The translations under genes were made by a program, and so were the position numbers. Of a stretch of DNA of 64,000 nt, positions 21,107 to 31,001 are shown piece after piece (the stretch's first letter is position 1; every line of letters begins with the position of its first letter). The notes under the pieces were generated by a model. The model was not told the DNA's origin. It made no database searches and saw only the letters and a program-made list of their open reading frames with translations. This DNA is from an uncultured Candidatus Sumerlaeota bacterium. GTDB taxonomy: Bacteria > CAYMEV01. Location: assembly GCA_964389675.1 (NCBI GenBank), contig CAYMEV010000003.1, forward strand, positions 65,109 through 129,108. The letters run 5' to 3'.

Positions 21107-21826
21107 GGGAGCTGTAATCAGTATCTCAGCGCTTTTCAGGGAAATGGTTGAATTTCCTGATCTTACATAAAGCGTGCCATCATTGCTGATATCTAATATC
21201 CTGCCTGTCACAGGTTCATCGCAAAAGGGCTTTATTATCTGTATATCATGATCCGGCCTGTAGAGCAGGTTCCTGTACATCTCTGTCATTTCCTGTAAAC
21301 CTGTCTTTTTGTCATAAGACTCTATATTTTCAAGAAGCAGGGATAATGCATCTTCAACTGCTATCTTCCTGTCAGAATACCTCTCAAGGCAGGTGTAATT
21401 CTCTATATCTTTGCAGGACTCGTCATAATATATATTTATTCCAATACCCATAATATATAATACATCATTTTCAACGGGGATACCTTCATTGAGGATACCG
21501 CATACCTTTTTGCTTTCAATAAGTATATCGTTTGGCCATTTGATTCTTATATCATTGCAATTTATAAGCGATCTGATAGTATCAAATGCCGAGAGGGATG
21601 ATATCAGCATAAGCCTGAATGCAAGGCCCTGAATGCTTCCGGCCAGATTGCCATAGCTCAGGTATATCCCTTTATTTCTTGGTGATGCCCAGAATCTCCT
21701 GTTCCTGCCCTTTCCTCCTGACTGAGCCTCGGCAGCTACTGCCAGGGGAGTCAGCCCATCTGCCTTATAAAGGCGTTTGAGCTCTTCATTGGTGGAATCA
21801 AGCTCTTTATACCGTTTGATCAGCAT
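21098..21826 (-). CDS. birA: Biotin--[acetyl-CoA-carboxylase] ligase (group I BirA, no HTH)
   Basis: LDSTNEELKR...AEAQSGGKGRNRRFWASPRNKGIYLS matches the BirA catalytic core. 242 aa. Confidence 0.75.
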   Translation of the reverse strand: MLIKRYKELDSTNEELKRLYKADGLTPLAVAAEAQSGGKGRNRRFWASPRNKGIYLSYGNLAGSIQGLAFRLMLISSLSAFDTIRSLINCNDIRIKWPNDILIESKKVCGILNEGIPVENDVLYIMGIGINIYYDESCKDIENYTCLERYSDRKIAVEDALSLLLENIESYDKKTGLQEMTEMYRNLLYRPDHDIQIIKPFCDEPVTGRILDISNDGTLYVRSGNSTISLKSAEILITAPSF

Positions 21827-21836
21827 TTATTCAGTA

Positions 21837-22688
21837 TTATTCAATATTGTCAAGAAGGAGGCTTATGTCTACAGCTGTTGATTTCATGATAAGGGAGGAG
21901 CTTGACAGGAAATCTATCTTCAGGTCCTTATATTCATCTATATTGTTCATGTTAATGCCACCTGAAACCTCAATCAATACTTTTCCATGAGAGAAATCGA
22001 CAACCTCTTTAAGACGGTCTCCTGACAGATTGTCGATCAGAATGATATCTGCATTGCTGTCAATAGCTTCCTTTGCCTGCTCAAGGCTTCCTACCTCAAC
22101 TTCTATGGTATAGGCAGGGGGGACTGAATCGCGCACTTTCTGGATAGTTTTTGATATTGAACCGACAGCGCTGATGTGGTTTTCTTTTATCAGGATCCCC
22201 GATTCAAGGTTATACCTGTGGTTATACCCTCCGCCATGTTTTACGGCCCATTTTTGAAAGATCCTTAGTCCCGGAAGGGTTTTTCTTGTATCAAGGAGCT
22301 TGATACCCGTTCCTTTAAGCTTATCCGCCATTTTTCTTGTATATGTTGCAATTCCGGATAGATGGGAAAGGAGGTTTAAGGCAACCCTTTCTGCGGACAG
22401 TATTGAAGCTGTAAAACCGTTAATTGTTATCAGTTTTGTCCCCCTGGAGATGAATGCGCCATTCTTGAAAGGAGAGAAGATGCTTATATTGGCGTCAAGC
22501 TTCTTAAAGCATCTCTCGAATATCACTATGCCCGATATAATAAAATCCTGTTTTGCAATTACAAAGGCTGATGATTTTTTTCCCGGCGAGACAGTGCTTC
22601 GTGTGGTGATATCATTAAATGCCCTGTCTTCGATCAGGCTGTCTTCAATTATCTTGTCTATCAAAAATAAATCTTCATTTCTTACCAT
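21837..22688 (-). CDS. nadC: Nicotinate-nucleotide pyrophosphorylase (quinolinate phosphoribosyltransferase)
   Basis: Conserved NadC blocks IKENHI, IEVEV.SLEQA, ADIILIDN and IEVSGGIN. Confidence 0.85.
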   Translation of the reverse strand: MVRNEDLFLIDKIIEDSLIEDRAFNDITTRSTVSPGKKSSAFVIAKQDFIISGIVIFERCFKKLDANISIFSPFKNGAFISRGTKLITINGFTASILSAERVALNLLSHLSGIATYTRKMADKLKGTGIKLLDTRKTLPGLRIFQKWAVKHGGGYNHRYNLESGILIKENHISAVGSISKTIQKVRDSVPPAYTIEVEVGSLEQAKEAIDSNADIILIDNLSGDRLKEVVDFSHGKVLIEVSGGINMNNIDEYKDLKIDFLSSSSLIMKSTAVDISLLLDNIE

Positions 22689-22728
22689 AAAAAATCCTCC
22701 TGGACAGCTTTTTAATACTTGTGTAATA

Positions 22729-23175
22729 CTATATTATTTTTTCATCCTTAAGTACCTGGATGACATATTCATAAGCTTCTTTGCCTTCTTTGTCCTTATT
22801 CCCATTCTTGTCAAATACAATGAAATGAGGTATCGAACTAAGCCTGAACTGTTTTACAACCGGGCTTTCCCAGTCGATCCTCTTTATTCCCGGCCTGTTG
22901 ATGTCTATCTTTATTACTGCTATATCATCTCTCTTATCCTGGAGTTTGGCAAGAAGAGGTGATATTCTGACGCAGGGAGGGCAATATTCCGAGTAGAAGT
23001 CAATTATGTTTATTTTGCCCCTGTGCAGCATGGATTCAATATCTATCTCCTGATTGCCTGCAGGATTATCAAGAATTCTGCCCTTATCAGGTTCAGCCTC
23101 TTTTTTGCAGTTGATGCTGGCCATAAGCAGGAATAATGCAATTGCTACAAGTAATAATCTGTTTATCTGTTTCAT
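22729..23175 (-). CDS. Thioredoxin-like lipoprotein (CPPC active site)
   Basis: Signal peptide with lipobox ...ASINC. Thioredoxin fold motif FYSEYCPPCV. Confidence 0.6.
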   Translation of the reverse strand: MKQINRLLLVAIALFLLMASINCKKEAEPDKGRILDNPAGNQEIDIESMLHRGKINIIDFYSEYCPPCVRISPLLAKLQDKRDDIAVIKIDINRPGIKRIDWESPVVKQFRLSSIPHFIVFDKNGNKDKEGKEAYEYVIQVLKDEKII

Positions 23176-23202
23176 CCTGAAAATTAATATCCTCCATATT
23201 TT

Positions 23203-24045
23203 TTATTTAGCTTTTTCTATCAGTTCATCAAGCATCAGATCTATCTGGAATTCTTCCAGTATGCTGTTTTCAATATTGTCAATTATCCTGGTTTCGAGCT
23301 TGGGCAGGTACAGGCTGTCTGAAAAGCCTTCTCTTTTCAGCAGGTCCTCATAGCCATTTCTTAGTTTGACAGCCAGTGATTTCCTGTCGAAAAGGTCGCT
23401 GAAATTGGATATTATGCAAAGGAATATGTTTTCAGAGACCTGAGAAGCAAAATAATCCTTATCTGGAACATGGGTTTTAAGAATATCGGAAATTCCGAAA
23501 AGGATTGACAATGCATCATCAGGGCCTGAGTTTGCACTGAAAAGGATAAGGTTGTGCAGGGTAAAAATATATACAAGGAACCTTGAATTTAATGAAACAA
23601 GGTTTTTCAGGTGATCTGAAGCGTCATGATATCCCGGTAATTCCGTGAACATGTTAAAATATTCATACGGGTCATGTTTATGAAGGTGGAATTTGAGCCA
23701 TGCAGTTATTTCTTCCCTGTGAAAGGGCTTTTCAATATAATAATCAACTCCGCATTTAATCGCTTTGATCTTTGTTTTTATGCAGTTCTCACCGGAAAGC
23801 AGGATAATTACAATATTCCTGGTAGAAGGCAGGGCTTTTAATCTCCTGCACATATCAAAGCAATCAGTGTTGCCGGGATCAATCTCAGCGATAATTGCAG
23901 CCGGTTTTGTTTCCTGTATGAGATTAAGTATATCCATGCAGCCTTTGTGTAATACAGGCATAAAATCAAGACTTCTGATGCTTCCTTCCAGCAGGCTTTT
24001 CAGTTCAGGATTATCATGAATTATCAGGATTACATTTTTTGCCAT
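23203..24045 (-). CDS. Response regulator receiver domain fused to a degenerate GGDEF-like domain
   Basis: REC domain ILIIHDNPELKSL...IIAEIDPGNTD...KPF. The C-terminal region has GGDEF-like spacing (ELPGY..., ...SGPDDA...) but lacks the GG[DE]EF motif. Confidence 0.5.
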   Translation of the reverse strand: MAKNVILIIHDNPELKSLLEGSIRSLDFMPVLHKGCMDILNLIQETKPAAIIAEIDPGNTDCFDMCRRLKALPSTRNIVIILLSGENCIKTKIKAIKCGVDYYIEKPFHREEITAWLKFHLHKHDPYEYFNMFTELPGYHDASDHLKNLVSLNSRFLVYIFTLHNLILFSANSGPDDALSILFGISDILKTHVPDKDYFASQVSENIFLCIISNFSDLFDRKSLAVKLRNGYEDLLKREGFSDSLYLPKLETRIIDNIENSILEEFQIDLMLDELIEKAK

Positions 24046-24136
24046 TTCCTATTTTTTTCCTTAATCCAGCAAAATTATCAGGCTTATATTATAATCCTGG
24101 GTCCTGTCCGCGTCAAATTAATTTAATTATGGCCGG

Positions 24137-24748
24137 TTAGCGGAGTTTAGCAAGGATCTTATCCCAGTTAATGCTTCCAGATTCAGCATCATAGCTCCAG
24201 TATGTAAGGAGGCCTCGCCCTTTCACGTAATCCAGGGGGACAAATCCCCAGTATCTGCTGTCATAGCTGTTATCCCTGTTATCTCCCAGCACGAAAATAT
24301 GATCTTCAGGGACTGTGAATTCTTCAATATTGGATGTTCCGGAAGCCATCCTGTTCAGAGGGTTCGTTGAAATGACATATGGTTCTTCAAGCATCTGCCC
24401 GTTTACATACACCTTATTATTCCTGATCTTTATCCGATCCCCCGGAAGGCCTATCAGTCTCTTTATAAAGTCCTTTTTCGGGTCTTCAGGGAATTTAAAT
24501 ACAACTATCTCCTGCCTCTTAAGGTCTCTGTGATACAGGGGGAATATGCCCTTCCAGTAAATGAATCTTAAGAAAAATATCCTGTCCCCCTGCTGTATAG
24601 TGTTCAGCATTGAACCTGTGGGTATTTTTGATGTTTGTATAATAAAAGCCTGAAATATCAGTGCCAGGATTACAGCTGTGACAAATGCTTCAAGATAGTC
24701 CCTGAAGAGTGACAGTTTACGCTTTGGTTCCTTGTTTTTTCCCTTCAT
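24137..24748 (-). CDS. lepB: Signal peptidase I
   Basis: The S26 boxes are present: IPTGSMLNTIQQGDRIF, GLPGDRI and GDNRDNSYDSRYWGFVP. Confidence 0.85.
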   Translation of the reverse strand: MKGKNKEPKRKLSLFRDYLEAFVTAVILALIFQAFIIQTSKIPTGSMLNTIQQGDRIFFLRFIYWKGIFPLYHRDLKRQEIVVFKFPEDPKKDFIKRLIGLPGDRIKIRNNKVYVNGQMLEEPYVISTNPLNRMASGTSNIEEFTVPEDHIFVLGDNRDNSYDSRYWGFVPLDYVKGRGLLTYWSYDAESGSINWDKILAKLR

Positions 24749-24795
24749 TGCATGCTCCTGAATATTATCTCTTAAATCAGATTACGGCCATTATA

Positions 24796-25755
24796 TTAAT
24801 AAAGAATAAAATTATCAAGTTCTTTTCTATTAAATACAAGACAGCATCCAGAAAAGTGCCTCATATCTGAATCTTTGCTTATATCAATGGTTACATCGCT
24901 GAATGTTGCAGAATAGCTGTGTATTTCAAGCTCTTCGAAAAATACCTTTTCAAAGAGGTCAAAAGACCTTGATATTTTTCCTCCGAATACTATGACCTGG
25001 GGATTGAATAAATTTAATACAGATCCCATCCCTCTTCCGAGGTATTTGCCCAGCCGGTCGAAAAGGCCCTTTGCAACCGGTTCGTTTTTGCGTGCAAGTT
25101 CGGCGATATCGCTTATTTCAATACTTTCAGAGACAGGGTTATTGTTCTCAATACATTCCGAGATATAAAACCTTTTGAGGTTGAAACCTCCACAGAAAGA
25201 TTCAAGACAGCCGGACCTTCCGCAGCTGCAAACAGGCCCGGGAGATTCTATGTTCATATGCCCTACCTCAAAACCATAGCCCCTGTAGCCGATAAATGGC
25301 CTCTGATCTATTATGACACCCCCACCTATGCCAGTGCCAAGTGTTATGCCTATAAAAGGCGAAGTCCTTCTGTCATACCTTGAGTATTCACCTAGTGTAA
25401 AGCTTAATGCATCATTCATGATCGAAAGGGGGCAATCAAAGTTATCGCTTATGTCCCTCAGCAGGTTCTTGCCGTTTAAGGATGGAAGATTCGGCGACTG
25501 TGCAATTGTGAAATCGCGGTTGTCTATAAGGCCTGCAAGGGATATTCCCAGTCCCGATGGCAGTACAGGATGAAACTGGTCTTTGATCTTTTTTGCAAGG
25601 AAGTTTATTATTGCTGTTATCTTTGAGTAGGTAAATGTATTTTCAACCTTTTCGTACAGTATCTCAAAATTATCCATCAGTTTCAGGTCTGAAACGTTCA
25701 GGGCAGCAGCTTTAACAGAACTCCCGCCTACATCCAGGGCAATGTAATAATCCAT
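24796..25755 (-). CDS. ROK family sugar kinase (glucokinase or N-acetylglucosamine kinase-like)
   Basis: LDVGGSSVKAA N-terminal ATP-binding motif and the ROK zinc-binding motif CSCGRSGCLESFCGG. Confidence 0.8.
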   Translation of the reverse strand: MDYYIALDVGGSSVKAAALNVSDLKLMDNFEILYEKVENTFTYSKITAIINFLAKKIKDQFHPVLPSGLGISLAGLIDNRDFTIAQSPNLPSLNGKNLLRDISDNFDCPLSIMNDALSFTLGEYSRYDRRTSPFIGITLGTGIGGGVIIDQRPFIGYRGYGFEVGHMNIESPGPVCSCGRSGCLESFCGGFNLKRFYISECIENNNPVSESIEISDIAELARKNEPVAKGLFDRLGKYLGRGMGSVLNLFNPQVIVFGGKISRSFDLFEKVFFEELEIHSYSATFSDVTIDISKDSDMRHFSGCCLVFNRKELDNFILY

Positions 25756-25987
25756 GGCATCTCTCTCTGTTTTTTAGTAATTTATAACTATTACTTATAA
25801 ACCAGGCATTGATAATTATCAAGCAAGATTTTATTGATTATAATAAATTATTATATACTCTATTCATAAAATAATTTGAAATTTTATTAAATTATTTGCA
25901 TAATCTTTTTTTCTTGAAAAATGGATGCTAAAAATATAAGAACTTCAAAATAGGATAATATACTAAAAAAACTAAACGGAGGAAGAT

Positions 25988-27067
25988 ATGGCCATTGTAA
26001 ATGCATTAAAATTTGATAGATCTTCTGTCGGGATCATTGCTGATGAAGAATACTGGTTTCTTGGAAGGAGGAAAAGCTATTTCCAGGATACACTTCAGCA
26101 TCTTACAGACGAAGAAATAATAGAGAAAACGGGTATTGTAGCCGTTTATGGGGGAACAGGCACCCCTTCATTTCATTGGGATATTATCAAAAAAAGCAGG
26201 GCAAAGATAAAGGAGGAATTCTCAAACAGAGCTAAAAATATCAAGACCATATATGATATCAGCAAAATTGTTCTTGATGTTCTGCAGGATGTAAAAAGAG
26301 ATAGAATAAACCAGAAACTGAGATTTATGTACGGCTTTACGATTGATGATATAAACAGGGGGTTTTTTGAATTTGAGGGTAAAAAATACGATATAAAGCA
26401 AAAAAAGATAAAGGATAAATCACTGGGACTGGTCATGGGAAGCGATAAATCTCACCTTACCAAGCCCATACTTGAGAACAAGGCGGTAATATGCGGTTAT
26501 GACCAGAAGGACGGCATATCAATGTACTACCTGAACTCTGAAAACTCTGTTATGTCATTTACTTCCGGGGGATACGAAGCTATCGGTCCTGGCAAATATG
26601 CATCAGGCCTTGCATTTGCGGAATTTTTCCAGGGAATGCCGTTATATAAGAGAAGAGAGGGGTTTTCAAGGATAGAGGGGATGATACAGCTGATAAATTC
26701 GGCTATCATGGCTGCTGACTATTATAATGAAGTTGGCGGGCTTTTTAATATAATATTCATTGATGGAGAAAAGAAAAATCCCAAAGAAAGGGTTATAGAA
26801 GTCTTTGATAATAAAGGCAAACTTGCAAGCGAGATAGTGAGAAGCTTTAAATGGGGCATGATAACAAAGGAAGAGACTGCAAAATTTATCGATGAGCTGA
26901 TATTTAAGCAGTCTTCTGTAGATGCCCTTGAGGATAAACTTTATAAAGCATCAAAGGATCCAGAAAAGCTTGAACTTCTTTTAAGGGGATACAAGGAAAT
27001 GGAGCTTTGCGAACAGGCCAGCGGGAAGCAGACAAAAGAAAAATCAAAGAAGGCAAAAGGAGAGTAG
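25988..27067 (+). CDS. Hypothetical protein with an HslV/proteasome-beta-like (Ntn hydrolase) N-terminal region; Ala2 in place of the nucleophile
   Basis: MAIVNALKFDRSSVGIIADEEY resembles TTIVGVKYDGGVVLAADTR. VAVYGGTGTPSF resembles the HslV segment VIAGFAGGTADAF. AIGPGKYASGLAFAEF resembles AIGSGGPYAQAAARAL. Tandem paralog of 27069. Confidence 0.3.
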   Translation: MAIVNALKFDRSSVGIIADEEYWFLGRRKSYFQDTLQHLTDEEIIEKTGIVAVYGGTGTPSFHWDIIKKSRAKIKEEFSNRAKNIKTIYDISKIVLDVLQDVKRDRINQKLRFMYGFTIDDINRGFFEFEGKKYDIKQKKIKDKSLGLVMGSDKSHLTKPILENKAVICGYDQKDGISMYYLNSENSVMSFTSGGYEAIGPGKYASGLAFAEFFQGMPLYKRREGFSRIEGMIQLINSAIMAADYYNEVGGLFNIIFIDGEKKNPKERVIEVFDNKGKLASEIVRSFKWGMITKEETAKFIDELIFKQSSVDALEDKLYKASKDPEKLELLLRGYKEMELCEQASGKQTKEKSKKAKGE

Positions 27068-27068
27068 T

Positions 27069-28112
27069 ATGACATCAATTAATGCTATGAAGTTTAATGA
27101 AAAGCAAGGTATATTGATCTGTGACGAATCACGAGGCTGGAATCCGGAAGCAATGAAGCTTCAGACCTCTGATAAGATAAAACCTGTCGTTGAACCTGAG
27201 ATTACCAAAGATACCGGACTGGTAGCCTATTATGGAAATACCGGGACCTCATCAATAGGGGACGAGCTTAAATTCTCAATAAAGCAGGCAATCTCAAAAA
27301 GATTTGAGGAAGAAACCTCAAAAAGGCTGTCATTGCCTAAGGATTTTCTTACCATAGAGCAGATAGCCTCTCTTGCATATGATATACAGATTAATATGAA
27401 AAGGGAGCACATTGATGAGACGCTTCTCGGAAGATACGGCTTTTCCGCAAAGGATTTTATCTCAGGGGGATACACCAGGGATGGCCAGAAGATAGAAATA
27501 AAATCAGAAGAGATAATAAATACGGTTGCTGATGATTTAATATGGAACGGGAGAAAGGGCGAGCCGACCCCCATATTTCTTAATGCAGGGATTATTGCAG
27601 GCTATGAGCCTAAAGAGGGGTTCCGCATCTTCCATCTAAGCCTGATCGATTTCAGCTGTGAGCCCGTCCAGGAGCTCTTTTTAGGAGATGGATCGGGAAG
27701 GGATATGACCACAGTGGTATTTACTGAGCACTCCAATAAAAAGACTGTTCCTGAAAAGAGAGGAAATATTGATGTCACAGAGGGGCTTTTTATTGCTATT
27801 AAAGCAGTAAATGCAGCAGCAAGGCATGACCTGGGTGTCGGAGGTCAGTTTTCAATAATGTATATTGACGGAAATCAGAAAGACAATCTCAAAAAGACAA
27901 AAGAAATGTCAGATATGAGGATTAAACTTCTTTCAGAACTTGTTGAGGCAAATTATTATGAGGTCGTCAACAGGGATGTCTGTTACTTTGCCATAGAAAA
28001 GATAATACTTGAAGATCAGGACTTCTATACAACCTATGAGCAGGTAAAGGGCAAAATAAAGGATTTCAGGAAGTTTTCAAGATTCCTCAGAGGCTACAAG
28101 TTTAAGATGTAA
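27069..28112 (+). CDS. Hypothetical HslV/proteasome-beta-like protein retaining Thr2 (possible N-terminal nucleophile)
   Basis: MTSINAMKFNEKQGILICDES resembles MTTIVSVRRNGHVVIAGDG. Also carries the VAYYGNTGTSSI motif. Paralog of 25988, separated from it by 1 nt. Confidence 0.3.
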   Translation: MTSINAMKFNEKQGILICDESRGWNPEAMKLQTSDKIKPVVEPEITKDTGLVAYYGNTGTSSIGDELKFSIKQAISKRFEEETSKRLSLPKDFLTIEQIASLAYDIQINMKREHIDETLLGRYGFSAKDFISGGYTRDGQKIEIKSEEIINTVADDLIWNGRKGEPTPIFLNAGIIAGYEPKEGFRIFHLSLIDFSCEPVQELFLGDGSGRDMTTVVFTEHSNKKTVPEKRGNIDVTEGLFIAIKAVNAAARHDLGVGGQFSIMYIDGNQKDNLKKTKEMSDMRIKLLSELVEANYYEVVNRDVCYFAIEKIILEDQDFYTTYEQVKGKIKDFRKFSRFLRGYKFKM

Positions 28113-28202
28113 CAATACTAAGGGGCACTGATAAGGTGCCCTTTCTATTTTTCACTTATTGAACCACTTTATTTTATATCCCTGGAAAATGGTCTGATCA
28201 AT

Positions 28203-29579
28203 ATGGCTTTAAGGAATAAGATCCGTATTTATGCGTTCTGGTTTTTTTTCGTATTATCCGCTTTGTCTTTTCTCTTTTTAATACTTAATCTTATTGCCGG
28301 GGCTAAACAGCTGGATTTCCTCTTATTCAGGCTCAGCTTCAGGAATACAGGGAAACTCATACAAAATCTGCTCATTATCACTTTTATTGCATATTTGGCC
28401 GATCGCCTTGAGTTTAAGAAGCAGTTAAAAAGATGCAGGCCCATGATTGTAATTATCCTGATGGCGCTTCTTGCCTTTATTCCTGCGAAAATACTTTTCA
28501 GCAATTATTCTCCATATAATAAATTTACCTCACTGATAAATTTCGGGCAGGAACAGTTTAAAGACGCATTGCCGGAAATCCGCGGATCATATCCTGCTGT
28601 TGCTTCAAAATGGGGCTATGACGGTCAGTACTATGCTCAGCTGTCTGCCGACCCGCTCCTGAGAAGTGATAAGCTTCCCAAAGCTCTTGATCTGCCTCAT
28701 TACAGAGCAAGGCGTATTGGACTGCCGTTCCTGGCTTTTTTGCTTGGAATGGGGAAAACATCCCGGGTCCTGAATGTTTATTCAGTCCTGAATGCAGCAT
28801 TCTGGATCCTTCTCCTGGCAATTATTATAGTGCATACAGGCTGCAGGAGGTACAGGGACTTCCTGCTGGCGGCCTCAATGCTGTGGGCTACGGGGACTCT
28901 GGTCTCAGTTGAGAGGGCATTGACAGACCTTCCTGCAGCTGTAATGGGGGTTGCAGCCGTTTTTACGCGCAGTTCATGGATAGCTGCTGCAGTGCTTCTT
29001 AGCTGTGCAGGTCTTATCAAGGAAACCTCAATACTGAGCTTTACTGCTGTTCCTGTCGAACCGGGGTCAAAGCATGAAAGAAGAAAAAGACTGCTGGCAA
29101 CATTGTTTATCTGCCTTCTGCCTGTTCTTGCATGGGCTTTATATGTTCATCTTGTTTTTAAAAATATGGCCGGAATGGGGGGCAATAACTTTAATCTGCC
29201 ATTTTTTGGAATCTTCATGAAATTTCAATCAGCCATATCAGGGCTGATAACAGGTAAAGCGGGAATATTGGGACACCAGCTGTTATTTGAACTTCTATGC
29301 CCTTTTTCTCTTCTGGTTCAGGCATTATACCTTGCAGTATGTTTCCGTCCGGATTCAAAAGAATGGAGATTAGGAGTTGGATTTGCTTTTCTTCTTTTAT
29401 TTCTGGGCTCTGATGTGTGGGCTGAACAGCATGCATATTCGAGAGTCCTTCTTCCTATGACATTTTCCTTCAACCTTCTCCTGCACAGATTTGAAAAGGG
29501 ATATAAATACGCTATTTTATATATATTGGGTAATACCGGAATGTTCTGGGCAGTATTCTGGCATTTCCAGCAGGCCTGA
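28203..29579 (+). CDS. Polytopic integral membrane protein of unknown function
   Basis: More than 10 predicted TM helices. Co-oriented with a downstream GT-C-like gene. Confidence 0.4.
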   Translation: MALRNKIRIYAFWFFFVLSALSFLFLILNLIAGAKQLDFLLFRLSFRNTGKLIQNLLIITFIAYLADRLEFKKQLKRCRPMIVIILMALLAFIPAKILFSNYSPYNKFTSLINFGQEQFKDALPEIRGSYPAVASKWGYDGQYYAQLSADPLLRSDKLPKALDLPHYRARRIGLPFLAFLLGMGKTSRVLNVYSVLNAAFWILLLAIIIVHTGCRRYRDFLLAASMLWATGTLVSVERALTDLPAAVMGVAAVFTRSSWIAAAVLLSCAGLIKETSILSFTAVPVEPGSKHERRKRLLATLFICLLPVLAWALYVHLVFKNMAGMGGNNFNLPFFGIFMKFQSAISGLITGKAGILGHQLLFELLCPFSLLVQALYLAVCFRPDSKEWRLGVGFAFLLLFLGSDVWAEQHAYSRVLLPMTFSFNLLLHRFEKGYKYAILYILGNTGMFWAVFWHFQQA

Positions 29580-29620
29580 TGCCTGGAAAGGATTAAATTG
29601 ATATACCTGGATAAAGAGCT

Positions 29621-30988
29621 ATGTTCAGACTGCTGAAGAATAAGAGAAATATAGTATATCTGATCACAGGTTATGCTGCAGTATTGCTGATATCCTTTAT
29701 CTTTCATTATGCCTTTTATTACCCTGAGCATGAGATAAGGGTGGAGAGTGACGGGATAGGCTATTATTCCTACCTGAGGTCGGTCTTCTTTGACGGCGAT
29801 ATTGAGTTTTCAAATGAATTTGAAAGGCTCGGTTCCGATGATTTTGCCCTGCCTTCTCCGGATGACAGGACAGGTGAAGGCTATACCCCTAATCCATTCT
29901 CGATCGGGCCGGGAATACTCTGGAGCCCTTTCTATATCTGCGCCCATATGGCAGGGTATGCAATGAATATGCTCGGCGCTGATATTGTCCTTGATGGTTA
30001 CAGCGGAATTTATGTCTACTTTTGTGTTGCCGGGACAATCTTTTATGGATATCTGGGATTGTATCTTCTCTTCAAAATGCTGAGCATATTCTTTTCTAAA
30101 ACTATCTCTTTCTCTGTTACAGGATTTATTCTGTTCGGGAGCGCTCTGTTTTATTATATGATATCAGAATATTTCATGTCGCATGTTCATTCGTTCTTTG
30201 CAGTTACACTCCTTTTATACTTCATTTTCATCAGGCTTGACAGGGAAAGGGGCAGTGAGACAGACTGGTTTTTTGCCGGGCTTATTTCCGGGTTTGCCGG
30301 AATTATCAGGTGGCAGAACATAGGTTTTGCAATAGTGCCCGCTTTCCTGCTGATACTGAATACATGCAGAGAGTATAAAAAAGCAGGCAGGAAAAGAGTG
30401 TTTACAGGGCTTATAAGAAGGGCTTCCCTGTTTGGGGCAGGGTTTATTATCATCATTATCCCTCAAATGATTATTATAAAAATGATCTACGGGTTCTGGT
30501 TTGGAATACCGCAGGGGCAGGCTTTCTTCTCATTTGACATTTTAAGGATGTTCTATGTGCTCTTTTCACCGTATCACGGCCTTTTCCAGTGGCATCCCAT
30601 ACTGCTCTTCGGGTTTGCAGGGCTCATATTATCAGGGTTTAAATCCTTAAAGAACCTGTTTTTTCTTATGGCCTTTATTATACAGGTATATATAGTAAGC
30701 CTGCCTTATGACTGGTGGGCAGGGCATTCATTCGGCATGAGAAGGCTTCTGAACAGCAGCGCGCTTCTTGCTTTCGGCCTTTCGGGCATCCTGTATGCCT
30801 TATCCAGAAAGAACAGGGCTGTCTACAGGATCATCTATCTTGTTTTCATAGTATTTTGCCTGATAAACATCCTGATGTCATGTGCATATGTCAAATCTCT
30901 AATACCACATGATATTCCATGGTCCTACATTCAATCCCTTGAAAGCATAATCTTTCTGGTCAGGAAGATTATGCTCAAGCTGTTTTAG
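29621..30988 (+). CDS. GT-C fold membrane glycosyltransferase-like protein (ArnT/PMT-like)
   Basis: Multi-TM protein with a first-loop motif ESDGIGYYSYLRSVFFDGDIEF resembling the ArnT/PMT DE..Y..AR....GDW signature. Paralog of 58071. Confidence 0.45.
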   Translation: MFRLLKNKRNIVYLITGYAAVLLISFIFHYAFYYPEHEIRVESDGIGYYSYLRSVFFDGDIEFSNEFERLGSDDFALPSPDDRTGEGYTPNPFSIGPGILWSPFYICAHMAGYAMNMLGADIVLDGYSGIYVYFCVAGTIFYGYLGLYLLFKMLSIFFSKTISFSVTGFILFGSALFYYMISEYFMSHVHSFFAVTLLLYFIFIRLDRERGSETDWFFAGLISGFAGIIRWQNIGFAIVPAFLLILNTCREYKKAGRKRVFTGLIRRASLFGAGFIIIIIPQMIIIKMIYGFWFGIPQGQAFFSFDILRMFYVLFSPYHGLFQWHPILLFGFAGLILSGFKSLKNLFFLMAFIIQVYIVSLPYDWWAGHSFGMRRLLNSSALLAFGLSGILYALSRKNRAVYRIIYLVFIVFCLINILMSCAYVKSLIPHDIPWSYIQSLESIIFLVRKIMLKLF

Positions 30989-31001
30989 GAATTTAAAAAG
31001 G

